A stretch of DNA of 63,796 bases, filler included, from Hausera hauseri (GCA_046269625.1; 11 parts of 11 records of this genome joined end to end with filler, not necessarily neighbours in it); one strand, 5' to 3'; positions 1 to 12,953 are shown, counted from the whole stretch's first letter. Program-made: numbers and translations. The notes: generated by a model from the letters alone, not told the origin.

Positions 1-3000
1 AATGGTAACTGGGCCAGACGGTTAGCTACTGTATATAGCTCGTATTCTTCAGTTGATAATTCATGGCGGTCTTTGAAAAGCTTGTTTATGTCACGGAGTA
101 TTGGAATTATTTTATTAGTGGTTAAATAGGGGTGTTCTGCTATTGAGCCTACTCCTTGCGCTATCAAAGCTATAATTATCTGCGTTTCTTCTGAGAGTAC
201 GTCAAGCGGAGAATAAATCTCTTCCTTTATGTAATTGGTGATTTCTTTGTTCTGAGCTATTAACTGTATATAATGGTGATTCAATGTTGGCTCTCTCGCA
301 TAGATCTCTAAGTTTAATTGAACTATACCATCAAATTTTAACCATTCTGTTGTTTGATCATAATTCTTAATAAAAATTTGATTTTATTGTTTATCTTCTT
401 GTAGTCTTTTTCTCTCATAATGTTCTACTTGTCGAGATAGTGATAAGTATGGGTTCGGCACGGGGTTTGGGGATTCATTTGATTCTATTCGTCTGCGGAA
501 ATTTTCATCTGTAGGGTCAAATTTTCCTTATCGCTATCAGATAACAAAGGTTTATTAATTGATATTTCCAGCATTCTTGCTAAGGTTCGGCGTTTTATAT
601 ATTTGGGTTTAATGGTTGGAACTTCTTCTGTTATAGTGTGTCCTTCAGTTGGAGTAATCTCTTCGTCTGTATTTGATGGTTCGGACGTCTTCATATGAAA
701 CATTAAATTCACTAGGATCAGTAATAGTAACCACATAGATGAAATTCCCTGGTTAGTATCTATTGTTGGAGATGCGGCGTCAGCCGTTCCGAATAATATG
801 AATGGTATTATGAGTATTACTAATGTTGAGTAGGTGAATCCGTCACTAATTATGCTATATTAATTTTCTTTTAATGAGTGGTTGGGAGTCAGTAATTTCC
901 TTCTGCTGTTTGTTAGTTTATTTTTATACCTATAGATTCATCCTGGCTGACGTTGTCGTTTATCACAGTTTGGTCGTAATTGGCATTTGGCTGAGATGTC
1001 TTGTGTTGTGTCTTAGCTATCATTGGTGGTTCTTGTCAGTATTTTCTTCTGTCTCATCGTTGCTACACACGATGAATCTTCACATTCTTCCATTTTAGAT
1101 CATTTTTAATATAGTAGATGCGCATGATTCGTTTCTCAAAGGCGCTCAATCGTCGTAAATTCCTCGCCATATCGGTTATCTCATCCCTTTCCTTATCTGA
1201 TCTTAATCGACGGTTACTTATTAATCTCTCCCATTCTTCTTTAAATGGTTTAGCTATTTCTTCGCTATCGCTTAACTGGCAAAATATTAGACTATATCGT
1301 AGTGCATCTAACCTACCTCAAAATCCGCTTGAATTTACCGTGTCGAACTTATCTGTATCTTCGTAACCCGGCGGGATTCTTGGTGTATTTACATTCCGAT
1401 TCAAATAATTATTCCGTACTATTCGTGCTTCCTCTTCTTCATAGGCATCTATTTCATCCTGAGTAAGTTTGTTTTTTTATTGCCATAAGTGTATATATCA
1501 TCCAGCAATCATGAAGGAGTCCGAGTGGACTTTACTTACCAACACTTCGCCGTAACTCTTAAATAGTCCTAGACATCTATCGGCCATTTTCATAATTCTT
1601 TTTGGGGGTTGATTTGCTATTAGCTCTGGAAAATTTTCCTGTAAGAAATTAATTACATCCCCTGCGGAAAATAATAATGGTTTTCCTCGTAGAAAAGGAC
1701 TAATTAACATACGTTCTCTGCGGTTCCTGACGAATAAAGGGTGAAATTTAGTTTTATTTCCATACACTATGCTTTGTTCGTGGGTTCATCGGTATTTTTC
1801 TATTAATGGGTCGAATGACCGAAGGAAACTTATTATTTGTAATGTAGAATGGGTCTCTAGTTGAGTTCTTAGTAGTGATTTATGTTTTGGACATTACATC
1901 ATTCCAAGGCCCTATCATGATATTGGTAGGTTTTAACCATATGGGTTGTAGGGACATTTCCATTAAAAGTTTTTGAAGCAAACAAAATCCCTCGTCGTAT
2001 GCTTTGGTTCGAAAACCATTCGATGTGTGGGATAATGACGTATTGGCTTAAATTTTATATGAAGTATACAAGATTCTAGCTATCAGTAGCAATTGGTATC
2101 TATAGTCCGATTCTTTAAAGTTTATTCCAGTTTCCTGTTTTTGCCGATCGAAATATGATTCATATAAAATTGTGTATAATTTCATAAAGTCGTTTTGTTC
2201 CTCGTTGGGTAATTGAACTATAATACGTACTAACACTAAGAAATTTATAATGTCTCCATCCCATTCATGCGCGGTTTCTCTAAATATGCGAAGTATGGTA
2301 GTAGGTTGGTCGTCTTTAGGCATGTTGATGAGCTGGTTGTCTTTTGATTTAATATCGTTTAGCCATCGCTAGGTTCTATTTGCTATAAAACGTAACTTTT
2401 TAATGGTGTTCGAAACACTTTGATCCTGGGGACAGATTTTCAGCGAGTTAGTGATAGTTTGAAGTAATGGCTGATACACTAATGTATGCACTACTCTGTC
2501 CAATTCCTCTCGGGCCGGCGGGAGACTGCTTGGATGTGTTCTTAGAGCATTTATTATCCTAAAGTAAGGAATTATCTTGTTGGCCATCGTGTAATCGTAT
2601 TCACCTGTAGAAACTATTACGTTTGCTATGGTGGTTAGTATGATATTGGTTTAGGGTGTTTCCGTTATTGGCGTCATTTTAAGATATTCTTGTATCACCT
2701 CTATTAAATCTGACGCAAGTAGCCATCGGATTTTGTATGGTTTATTTTCACTTCCATTTCTGTTTAGTCCATCTATGGCGTCTTGTATGGATTCAGGTAA
2801 TTCTTTCCATCCCCTAGTATTAGAGTAGCCTTTCCGTAGTATTTTTTTTAGGGAAATAACATTTTTGTTTCTTTGGAGGGGTTTGATGTTCAATTTCGAT
2901 ACTTTTCCTGTTTTTATATCGATTTGGGTATAATACCCTTCTTTCTGTATGAGAGAAGAAACAGTCGTGATGCACTTTTCCCTTTTGGTATTATCTTACC

Positions 3001-4443
3001 ACTTGTATTAAATTAAATTGATGTTCACTAGGCTTGACTTATTATTGATTTGGTTTTTTACATCATTGTTCGTCGAGTGGAAATTCGACGAGACCTTTCC
3101 GGTTACATAATATGACATCTCATTTGCCAATTTTGAGTCTTATAATACGTATCTTTGAATATTTATCATAACGGAAGCTATGTATTAGGGCGAGTTGCCT
3201 TCATGCTTCAAAATGGTCTCAATATAAATGAGATCTTCGCGTTCCCTTTTGAAGGATTCTGCTATCTCTTGGTTATTATCTAACATGTAAAATAGCAGTC
3301 TATAACACATAGCGTTTAGACTACCAGACAATCCTCTGGCGTTTACTTGTTCTAAATGACTAATTCCTTTGTTGTCTTTTCTGGTTAAAAGAGTATCCCT
3401 ATCTCTACGTAAATAGTCATTCCATAGTATCCGGACTTCCTCCTTTTCCATCTCCTCTATTTCTTCTTCTCTTAGTTCGTCATTTAAGGTCACTAACGTA
3501 TATGTTAACCAACAATTAATTATAAACGAATTGTATATTCTTTTGTTGATTAGTTCTCCGCCAAAATTCCTGAGCAGTCCCATGCATATTTTTCAAGCTT
3601 CTTCAGCCCCTTTTTGGAATATATAGGCGTCACATAATGGAGATGTCTGTTGTAATAAGGTAAGTATATTTACATTAGAGATTCGCAGTTTTTCTTCTCT
3701 TAAGAAATGAGTAAGAAAAATTCGTTCTCGTGAGCTTCCAGTGAATAGGGGTTTGTAGCTCATTACATCTCCGTAAAGGGAACAATCTAATGCTGTCCAT
3801 GTACTCTTAGTGTAAACAATTTTGTTGTCATAAGTCAATCTCTCATTTTGCCAGTTCCAATCGAAAGTACGGATGCGGTATATCAATTCTAATAAGGAGT
3901 GCGTGTGGTGGTCCTGATTTGACATTGGTTGTGTTTCACAGATTTCCTTTAGAGTTTGTGCTAATTCTTGATAATCTGAACTTTCTTCCGTTGGTTGGTT
4001 AATGTAGGAGGACTCCAGCGGTGTTCCAGTATTATTTGCGGGGAATTCGTTTGTTATGCTATTTGGGTCGTTAAATATTTTAGATTTTTCCTTATTGAAT
4101 TGCTTGTTCCAGATATGGTCTGGAACGCTTATTATTTTCTATCTTCAATTTGATTCATCATCGTCGTAGCTATCCGAAAGCTTACCTAATATAAATAATG
4201 AGAGTATTCATAATAATATTAAAGTCCATGAGGGAATAGGGTGTTGAGAGGTGGTCTCAGCCGCCTCGGTTATGCTCATCATGGATAAGAAATATATTCC
4301 CATAAGGAATAACATTCCCAATAAAAATGAGAAATAACCTTTTATACCTGAGGATTCTCGTTTTTTGTCTTTCTCTTGAAGATCTTGGATGTGCATAGCT
4401 CTTAACTCATTAGCAATCTCATCCAGATATTTAATAATACTTC
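1..4443 (-). pseudogene. Decayed fragment of one very long polyprotein ORF (both ends outside the contig) with repeated unknown domains and TM hairpins; probably from a giant retroelement or endogenous virus
   Basis: Minus-strand ORFs starting at 4396, 3925, 3583, 2893, 2587, 2323 and 736 all share one frame and are separated by scattered stops or short frameshifts. A-rich coding strand, no introns seen. Internal protein repeats: 3775-3227 matches 1764-1219, and 2650-2467 matches 185-3. Confidence 0.75.
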
Positions 4444-4543
4444 NNNNNNNNNNNNNNNNNNNNNNNNNNNNNNNNNNNNNNNNNNNNTTAATTAATTAAN
4501 NNNNNNNNNNNNNNNNNNNNNNNNNNNNNNNNNNNNNNNNNNN
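4444..4543. other. Artificial contig spacer (N44-TTAATTAATTAA-N44); identical spacers at 12649-12748, 17866-17965, 22419-22518, 32633-32732, 40532-40631, 45253-45352, 49804-49903, 54015-54114, 59399-59498
   Basis: Ten identical 100-nt N-padded blocks carrying a six-frame stop linker; sequence character changes across them. Confidence 0.99.
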
Positions 4544-5859
4544 TGGTTATCATAATTACCTCGTGTTGTATTGTCTGAACTGGTCAAGCAGTACGGGGTA
4601 GGAGTCGAATTGCATGACGTCGGTGAGAAATTTGACAGAAAACTAATGGAACAGTATGAGTTGGAACTCATAATTGATTTGAGATTTAAATTCATTGGTC
4701 CCAAAGCAGAGGAATGTAAAACAAATTCGATCAAAAGTATAGTTCGTCTGTAAGATGACCCAATGACTGTAGTATTGTTTTGATTTTGTTTGAAGATTTG
4801 AACGATGAAATAGTACATCAATGTTATTAAGTGTTTTCTGGCCTGGTGATAAATATCAGAGTTACATTCAATGTCTAATTCACTTTTGATTAGTTGTAGA
4901 ACTGATTTAGAACAGAATAATTTTTTTGTAATTGATTTGTGTTCCAAAAACAATTGGACAGTCTTGGGATGCTGATGATGTGTTTCGACGTGCAAAGGAG
5001 TTAGCCCCTTTGATGATGTTTTGAAAGTATAAGCCTTCTTTTGCAGTAAAACAATTACAACGTTAAGATTAATGTACTTTCCGGCAATATGTAAGGGTAT
5101 AAAACATCTCTTTGACTTGGCTTCGATATCAACTACGTTTTCAATTAAAAGGGAGGCGGCCTCAGCTTGGCCTTGATTTTCAGCTACGTGCATGGGTGTG
5201 TAGTTGTTTTTTGATTGTGCCTTTGGATCAGAACCACTTTGTAAGGACAATGCCACTGGTTCTATGTTAATGTATTTAATAGCTATATGAAAAGGAGTTG
5301 TATTTTCTTGTTTAGGTTTGACTACGTACTTATTGAACTTTCGAGTTGGTTTTTTGTGATTGCCTAGTCGTGTATATCTAATGTCGTCTTCGATTGCCTT
5401 TATTTTGTTGAAATTATTATGTCGAATCTCCTGAATGTCGAATAACTCCTTGGATTCTTCATCCAATATAATGTCAACGTAATTAGTATATTTAAATGCA
5501 GTATTAAGGCATTTGAATTTATGCCAATCATTTGGCCGAAACGTTATGTTCCTTAGATGACCATTAAATTTGATTGGAGGGACTGGTTTTTTATCATCTT
5601 CGAACTGCATTAGAATTTGATTATTTAAGTATACTTTCGGTAGGTATTTGGAATATTTGATCAGACATGACTGTTGGTTCGCTACCAGTAAAATATCAGC
5701 CCTATCGGACGAAAATGTGGCATAGTATAATGGAATGTGGATTTGGAATTGTCGTAGCAACGCACATCTACAGGTCCAGATTTTTATGACATTTTCCGAT
5801 CCGGCAGATGCAGAAAAAAATATCTTCATTTTATGGCAACAATTTAAAGAAACTATCAA
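4544..5859 (-). pseudogene. Intronless chimeric ORF: WD40 fragment (WDR87/WDR97-like C-terminal blade) fused to about 4 degenerate ankyrin repeats
   Basis: The N-part SAGSENVIKIW...FSSDRADILL...YLPKVYL...FEDD resembles WDR87/97. It is followed by TPFHIA, YTPMHVA, FIPLHIA and LTPLHVE ankyrin motifs at about 33-aa spacing. The ORF runs into the spacer. Confidence 0.6.
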
Positions 5860-6756
5860 TACGACATGATGATCGGTCGGTGAGTTATCAAATAGAACTT
5901 TCGTTTCTGTGTTGTACGTTACAGTGATGAAATGTGCTGCTTCGAGATCACGGAACGCAGTGAATAAATAATGACCGGTGTTACATAAATGGATCGGTAG
6001 TAGAATGTAGCAAAATGAAAATTACTTTGTGAAAGGTTCGGCGGTAAATGGATAAACGTGCCAAATATTGATGGAATTATTATAGATCGATGAGAATAAT
6101 TTATTGTTATGAACATTTGTTGGGTCATATGGTAGCTCCTCATTTCCTTTAGTTCCACCTGTGCTCATTGTAATACTACTTCCATGTACATTGAGATTCC
6201 TAATTCCTCGACTTCCGTTTGGCGTTGAACTTCGATTTCCTGTTACTAAGTCTGACCTAGCAGTTTGACTTGTACATGGCCGTGTGTTTATCATGTCAGC
6301 ATTCATTATGGCGTTACCGGTAAGGGAATTATTGGAAATGTTTTGGTTTAGACTATTCTGAATACGCGCGCTGCCAATACGAGATCCTGTTGGTTTTATT
6401 TGAGCAGCAACTTGGTATCGATTATTGATAGGAGGAAGAGTCCCACTCCTCAGTATGAGATCTGGAGAATGAGACGAATATAATCCCTTTCCTCGGAGAC
6501 ATTTTAGTGGAGATACATTGAATGATACATAATTATTTTGATTGAAAACATACGACCGTTTGTAATCCCTGTCTAAAATGAAACTTGATTCCTGAGTTGG
6601 AACGGGTGTTTGTGATCTATCTTGTCCCCGTTTCTTCGTACTGCCACCAATCAGACTTAACGGATATTTAACTCCACTTAAAGGAATGCTAAGAGGTGCC
6701 CTGAGGTTACCTGAGAAAGTTTGAGGTTGTTCTTGAATGCTTTGTAAATTACTTTT

Positions 6757-7368
6757 CTATCGGAATTGCAGAGTCTTTGATGAAATCTTGAGAATACTGT
6801 CTAAATTATTATTGGCTGCTAAGGTATAAAACGGCTTTTGCACTCGGTAAGTATCAGGTGTTAAATTGTTGCTAATTTGCATAGATTCTGAGGATTCCAC
6901 GACAATGCCATCTTCTGATAAAATTGACTGGTACATTCTTGTAAGTAAAGGAAGAATCCATTCAACAACTTCACTCCAAAGATTGTCAAAAACTGCTGAA
7001 AGTACACCATCTCTCATAACAGCATTCGGGGTAATTGGAGGATAGGCTTTATGATTTCGAAACAGAGAATTATTACACTTCAGTTTTCGGAGATTTTCAA
7101 CGGAATAATCTTCGTCATCCATTTTGTAATCAATTGCGATTATTTCGACAACTTCCCCATCAGATGCAAAAATCTCTTCTTGACTAGTTCCAATTGACGT
7201 GTCTTCATCACTGAAGGACCAATCAGTTTCAAAATCGTCAGGTTTAACTTTGTGACCAACTACAGACAGCCTATCGTAATCTGGTGAGTCACAAATGAAC
7301 CTGGACTGACTATCAGTATTTATTGAAGAATTGTTCGTTGATTGATATTTGAGTAATTCATTCGACAA
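6757..7368 (-). CDS. Unknown acidic/Ser-rich ORF fragment, probably part of a decayed host gene
   Basis: 203-codon ORF with an acidic tract (DDFETDWSFSDEDTS...DDEDY); no family recognised. Confidence 0.3.
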   Translation of the reverse strand: MSNELLKYQSTNNSSINTDSQSRFICDSPDYDRLSVVGHKVKPDDFETDWSFSDEDTSIGTSQEEIFASDGEVVEIIAIDYKMDDEDYSVENLRKLKCNNSLFRNHKAYPPITPNAVMRDGVLSAVFDNLWSEVVEWILPLLTRMYQSILSEDGIVVESSESMQISNNLTPDTYRVQKPFYTLAANNNLDSILKISSKTLQFR

Positions 7369-8938
7369 TAAATTATCTGGTGAAGATGATTTAATAGTTG
7401 ATTCTATCTTCGGTAAAACATCGAATGTTGAAATTAAATGTTGTGGTTTATGACCCCTTTACCAGATGAATGCATTCTCCTTGTAATTTGATTACGGTTT
7501 TTCTGTTTCTGACTTCCATGTGGATTCATGCTTCTGTTATTACACAGTGTGATACCTATGTAACTTCCACGTATTTCTGAATTATAAAATTGACCTGATC
7601 TTTGTCCAATGTCCATGGAAAATCTGTAAAGGAAAAATTTTCTAAATATCCCACTTCTGACACCAATTTAGTTCTTTCAAAAGAAATAAATCCAAAAAAG
7701 ATAGATAAGACGAAATAATATAATGATAATATGTCTTCTATTTCAAATCACAATTACAAATTAATCATCCATATAAAAATCAATTTTTTATACAACAACA
7801 TATATACATCATTATCTCGTAAAAAGGTGTCACATAGAATTTCATTGTAGAGTAGATCAAATAAGCACATCATTTCATTCAAAATATTGTCATTGGTAGG
7901 TCTATTCATTGACAATTGTAATTTCATTCCAATGTCATCGTCAACTTTCTTAAGTAGATAACTCTTCTGCCTACTAAGAGGGAATATTGAAGAAGTATGA
8001 GATGACGTTAACATTTCAATTGCCGGATATTGACGAAGATGAAGTGATTGTTGTATCTTTTATATGGGGTACGAACGCCCCGAATTGGGAGACGAATAAA
8101 AATAATTTAATGATCGACAACTGGTACATTCCATTGATTGAATTGTGTCCGCAATATTTGAGATTGACGATGTGCAGATCCGGTGACGAAACCGAGCGCC
8201 CCCACGGCCGCGACACCACATCACCCCCCGTGGCAGAAGAGAAACTATGTAATGGAAAAAGAATGATGAAGATAATACGAGTGACAACAACGAATCGCAA
8301 CAAGGAATAAAGATTGGTTTCTACTTAGTCTTAGTACGGGTTAGGCGTTGTGTGCCATCAAAGAGCTTTTCTCTGCTGTACGTATTGAATGTCACTCTAC
8401 GAACCTTATTCGATAGATTTGCGATGGGCTGTTGTGTGATATTTTGTGATTGGGCTGATAGCGAAGATGAGTCAAGCAAGAAAGGAGGTGTAGGTTGTAA
8501 TCATGATGATGGAGGGTGAAGTGAGATGGATGGAGGAAATGATGATGATTGAGTGCAATCGAGTAGTGGTTGTTGCACCGGCGCAAAATCGTTTAGAAAG
8601 TCAGTGGAAGTGCTAGCTGAGTCTGAATTGATGAAAAAGGCAGGCTTCAAATTCGAAATGTGGACGTTGTACGGTTTATCTTGGCGTAAGGTTGTTGCTG
8701 TGTGAGATGAAAGATTCAGCAGTTTGTACGGGCCAACACATTGATGTCAAAAACCAGAAAGAGATTGATCTTTTAACCACACAAACTTGGCGGAGTATAA
8801 ATACTTCGGAATGTAGGATTTGTTGTTATTAAAGAGGCGGTAAAATGAATCTAAGCTGACCTCGACGAAGTGAGATTGTGCCGCACGAATGTTTTTGTCT
8901 GCAGGATTGTCGTTGAGAGCAGAAAGCTCAAATAAGGC

Positions 8939-9871
8939 CTAATTGGAGTCCCAAAGAGTGCTTCGGCTGGAGGGCAACCGGTAGTGGTCAAAGGTGTGTT
9001 GCGCCAACCTAGTAGAACAAATGGTAGAATTGACGTCCAAGATTTTTAATGAGACTTTCATTGTACGATGGAACCTTTCAAGAAGGCCGTTTGATTGAGG
9101 ATGATATGGAGTAGTATGAAAATGGGATATCCCCAAGCGTTTGACAAGTGATTTGAAAAGCTCAGACTCAAATTGTGGACCTTGGTCCGTTATTATGTAA
9201 CGTGGGGAACCAAAGCGACTGATCCAGATTTTTATGAAGGCGTCAGCAACTGAATCAGTGTTTGTTGAACGAAGAGGAACGGCTTCAGGCCAACGAGAAG
9301 CACGATCCATCATAGTAAGTATGTGTTGATATCCGTTGTCGGCAGGTAAAGGACCAACTAAATCAAGATGAACTGTATGAAAGCGTGATGTACAGGGAAA
9401 GTGGTAAAGTGGTGGTTTAAGGTGTTTGTTTATTTTGAATTTTTGACAGGCTATGCATTCTTTAACCCAGTCCTGTAGATCTTTACGCATTGATGGCCAT
9501 ACTACATGACGTTGAAGCAGGCGAAAGGTTGCTTTCGCACCTGGATGATGCAGTAAATGCGTATGAACAAAAGCTGACTTTTGTAAAGGTGGTGCTAGAA
9601 TGACATTTTTATTACCTGTATTAGACGTGTCAAAAGCTATTCCATCAAAGATCTCGAAGGATTTGAAGGAACTGAGGAAATTAGCAGATGGTTGATTGGC
9701 CTTTAAAACTTTAGATGAAAAAATCGGCTCAACTGTAATGAATCCAACCGACCTCAATAGAAAGTCAGCTACCAAGTTATCTGTGTCTGAGATATATTCA
9801 AAAGCAAAATTGAACGTAAACAGGTATGATATATTTCTCTCTTGCCTCGGTGATAGCTCTTTTAACGACAT
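8939..9871 (-). pseudogene. Gypsy RNase H end plus integrase (HHCC and DDE)
   Basis: HLLHHPG...CIACQ zinc finger; HLDLVGPLP, ITDQGPQF and NGLLERFHR motifs; frameshifted after the core. Confidence 0.95.
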
Positions 9872-9879
9872 TTTGTGCA

Positions 9880-10340
9880 GCAGAGGCTTATGGTCAGTTT
9901 AAATGACGAATGGACGAAAGAGAAGTAAGTGTTTGAATTATTTTACTGCCAGAACTATGGCGAGTAACTCACAGTAAAATGTGGAGTAACGGCTCTCGGT
10001 TTGTGTAAGCTTTCTAGAATAAAATCAGGTGCAACAGGAATTTGATGATATGTTTTATGCAAGTCAATTGTGGAGTACTTGTTGGTGTTGGTAAGGCCGT
10101 GCAGGATGTCATTTATGAGAGGTAGAGGATAAGCATCCAGGACTGTTAGATTATTTAACTGCCGATAATTACCGCATGGTCTGCATGTGCCATCTTTCTT
10201 CGTCACAACATGCAAAGGTGAAGCTTATGGTGATTTGGATCGTCGAATAATGCCCGCCTTTTCGAGTACATTGAACTCTGATTCAACAGCTTTTCGTCTG
10301 CGAGGTGAAAGTGGCCTTACCTTTTGTATGATAGGTCTTT
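9880..10340 (-). pseudogene. Gypsy reverse transcriptase, internally deleted and joined to the RNase H end
   Basis: HVVTKKDG..RPCGNYRQLN..T..DAYPLP..IDLHKTYHQIPVAP. The YxDD region is missing, and the sequence jumps to ELLAIV...TDHKPL. Confidence 0.9.
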
Positions 10341-10637
10341 GGTGTTTGGTGACTATGTGGTGATATTTAGTAGAATGAGGCTTGAAATTGATGTCCTTTT
10401 TAAGAGTATGGGAACAAGAAGTTTTAGTGTATTATTTAAGATTAGAACCCAACGATAAGAATGATAAAGGCATATTATTGAAAGACTCAGTGGCTGTAAT
10501 TGATGTAGAATGACTGAATAATTCATTAACGACATTCGGTTCAGCCAATTGTTTCAAGATTGATTTATTCCAACTTGATGAGATTGAAAATATTGATGAA
10601 TTGTTAAGTATTTTGTTATCAACCGATGAACAGGATG

Positions 10638-11123
10638 TCAAATTGACATTTGAATGAACAGAGGAGGAAAAAGTGTCCGACTGGTCGTTTGGTGAGCATT
10701 AGTTATAAATTCCAACGAAGTTTCTGCGCAGAGGCATTTATGCTTGCAGTTAACTAACAAATCGTATACAGCCAAGAAATCGGACCCTATTATGGGTGAT
10801 CTGATGTTGGCTATGTGAAATTTCCAGGAGAATTTCCCTGGTAGGTTGGATAATGTGAAAGTCAGTTTTGTGGTACCTACAATGTTTAAAGGTTGAGCAC
10901 AGGCAGTGAAGAATGGAGGAGAGAAAACTGTGTTAGATGTAGGAGCGAAAGGCAAAGGAGGGAGTGAAAAAGCAGCTCCTGAATTGATAAGGAAATCTAT
11001 TTGTGATGTGTCTCCAAATAATATTTCAGCTTTCAACAGAAAGACTGCAGAGGCGGTGTTGGAACGGCCAGTAGTTTGAACGATATTGCCTGCACCAGAA
11101 TGTGCCGTGGCATCTGGTGGCAT
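10638..11123 (-). pseudogene. Gypsy aspartic protease (catalytic Asp replaced by Asn)
   Basis: FLINSGAAFS corresponds to FLxDTGA; followed by IIGSDFL...LLVNCK. Confidence 0.85.
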
Positions 11124-12953
11124 TATTGGTTTTTTGAGACTTGTTGGTAGAAAGAGGAAGAATGGTGAGGGCGCGGAGGCGAATAAAATGGAGAAGAACT
11201 GGAATTTCTTTTATAATGTTTACATCCTGGCACGCATGACCTACCCTTGGCTTAGGAGTCGGTACCTTAAAGCAGGCCTTGACTCGGTCCCATAACCTCG
11301 TGGCGCCAAAACAATAAAACAACACAGAGACAACAAAATAAATGAATAAAACCGGATAATTGTTGGAACATTTATTTTGATAACAATTGCCATCCGCAGA
11401 GGCATACGACTCCTCGGTAGTGGAACGAAACGATCCGAGCCTGCGGAGTCGACGTGGACGGGCTCGAATGTCGTCCGAGCTGGAGCTCGACGTTCGTGTC
11501 CGCGATGCTTCGATGGTTCGGCGGCATGGTATTAACTGACTCTCCGAGGGAGCCAGTCATTCGTAAAGGCGAACGGTTGCCGCCATCAGTCTAAGGAACA
11601 CCGACAGGAAAACCGACGAATCGAAGAGACGTCGGTTTTCCCCGTCCTCGTAGAACCGATGAAGTGTGGTCGTCGGTAAGGCGTAGGGGTCATATTGCCC
11701 TAGACGGGTCAAGTGCCGTACGAAACGGCTCCGTTGTAGGAGCTCCCGTACCGTTAGAAAGTCCGAATAAGACCGGTACGGGGCTCGCCTGTTTGTGTCG
11801 CGACGGCGTTTTCCGAGGGAGGCGGCATCTCACTGGATTGGGCGCGGTTGTTCTTGCTTGCTAGCAGGATCCGGAACGTGATCCGGGTTCTGTGTTTCCG
11901 TCGGTTTCGACCGTTTAGGGATATGGTAATTTGAATCAAAAGTCGAACTCCTTTTCTGGACGGCGACGCCGCCAGATGTGACCTTCGCGCCTTCCGTGGA
12001 GATAGGTTCTCCCAATTTCGGGGCCTTGGTCGAGCATGATTGTTTCATGACGTATCGGCTGGTTGAAGAAGGCATTTTGGTGCTTCTGCTGTTTGGCTGG
12101 TTTGGTTTTTGGTTTTCCGGCATCTTGGTTCTTGTTTTTCTTCTCTTTGTGAATATAATGTTCAATCCTTAGACTGAGGATTTAAAATGATGGATTAAAT
12201 TCACAGATCTTAATTGTTAATTTTTATTATTACAAGTACTGGTTACTTCGGCACTTGTAATCCTGATTTATTTTGTGATTTAATTTTAGTATTTCAATTT
12301 ATTTTGATTAAATCTGTGATTTTATAGGTATTTGAGAAATCTTGTGTTTGGTGAATCCGTGATTTATTTTTCGAATTTTGTTTTTTGAAATATTTTATTT
12401 CTAAATGTTAGTGTCGGACCATATTTGGTATGGTTTATTTTTTATTTTAATATTTCGTTATTGGTATATTTGATTTTGTATTTTTGCTTGCTGAGTTAGT
12501 TTGGTTTAAATAAATTACATATAATGTTTCGTTGTAAGGTGGAACCTTACACACATCATGCATATAGGCTTAAATATATAGGTGCATAGAGTTATTTAAG
12601 TAGGACCAAAATAGATATAATGTACTGATTAGTGCATTGATGCAGTGANNNNNNNNNNNNNNNNNNNNNNNNNNNNNNNNNNNNNNNNNNNNTTAATTAA
12701 TTAANNNNNNNNNNNNNNNNNNNNNNNNNNNNNNNNNNNNNNNNNNNNTTATGTTAAAGTTATGTTGTTGCGAAATAAATGTATTATGAAATTAGTTGGC
12801 CTTATCCTATATAGTAGTTACTTACTTGGTCTTATCCTATATCCCACATTACTTGATCAAGAATGCAACACGATATTTTTTATAAAATTTATTAATACAA
12901 AAACACAACACGTCATAACAAAGATGTTTACATTAATGAACATACCCGTGAGG

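Larger units (their letters stand above)
8171..11310 (-). mobile_element. Degenerate Ty3/Gypsy LTR retrotransposon (PR-RT-RH-IN order)
   Basis: Protease, RT, RNase H end and integrase occur in Gypsy order. A polypurine tract GGGGGGTGA is followed by TGTGG at 8229-8217 (minus), marking the 3' LTR start. GC is higher than in the flanks. Confidence 0.9.

Noticed and set aside
1-4443. Alternative genetic code explaining the in-frame stops
   Set aside because: TAA, TAG and TGA all occur, along with frameshifts; this fits neutral decay.
4488-4499. Recurrent TTAATTAATTAA palindrome as a biological repeat or CRISPR-like array
   Set aside because: Always centred in a 100-nt N block; it is an assembly linker. 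ORFs that run into X residues are artefacts.
11372-12172. gag ORF of the C2 Gypsy element
   Set aside because: GC-rich low-complexity ORFs with no capsid or zinc-knuckle motif; origin unresolved.
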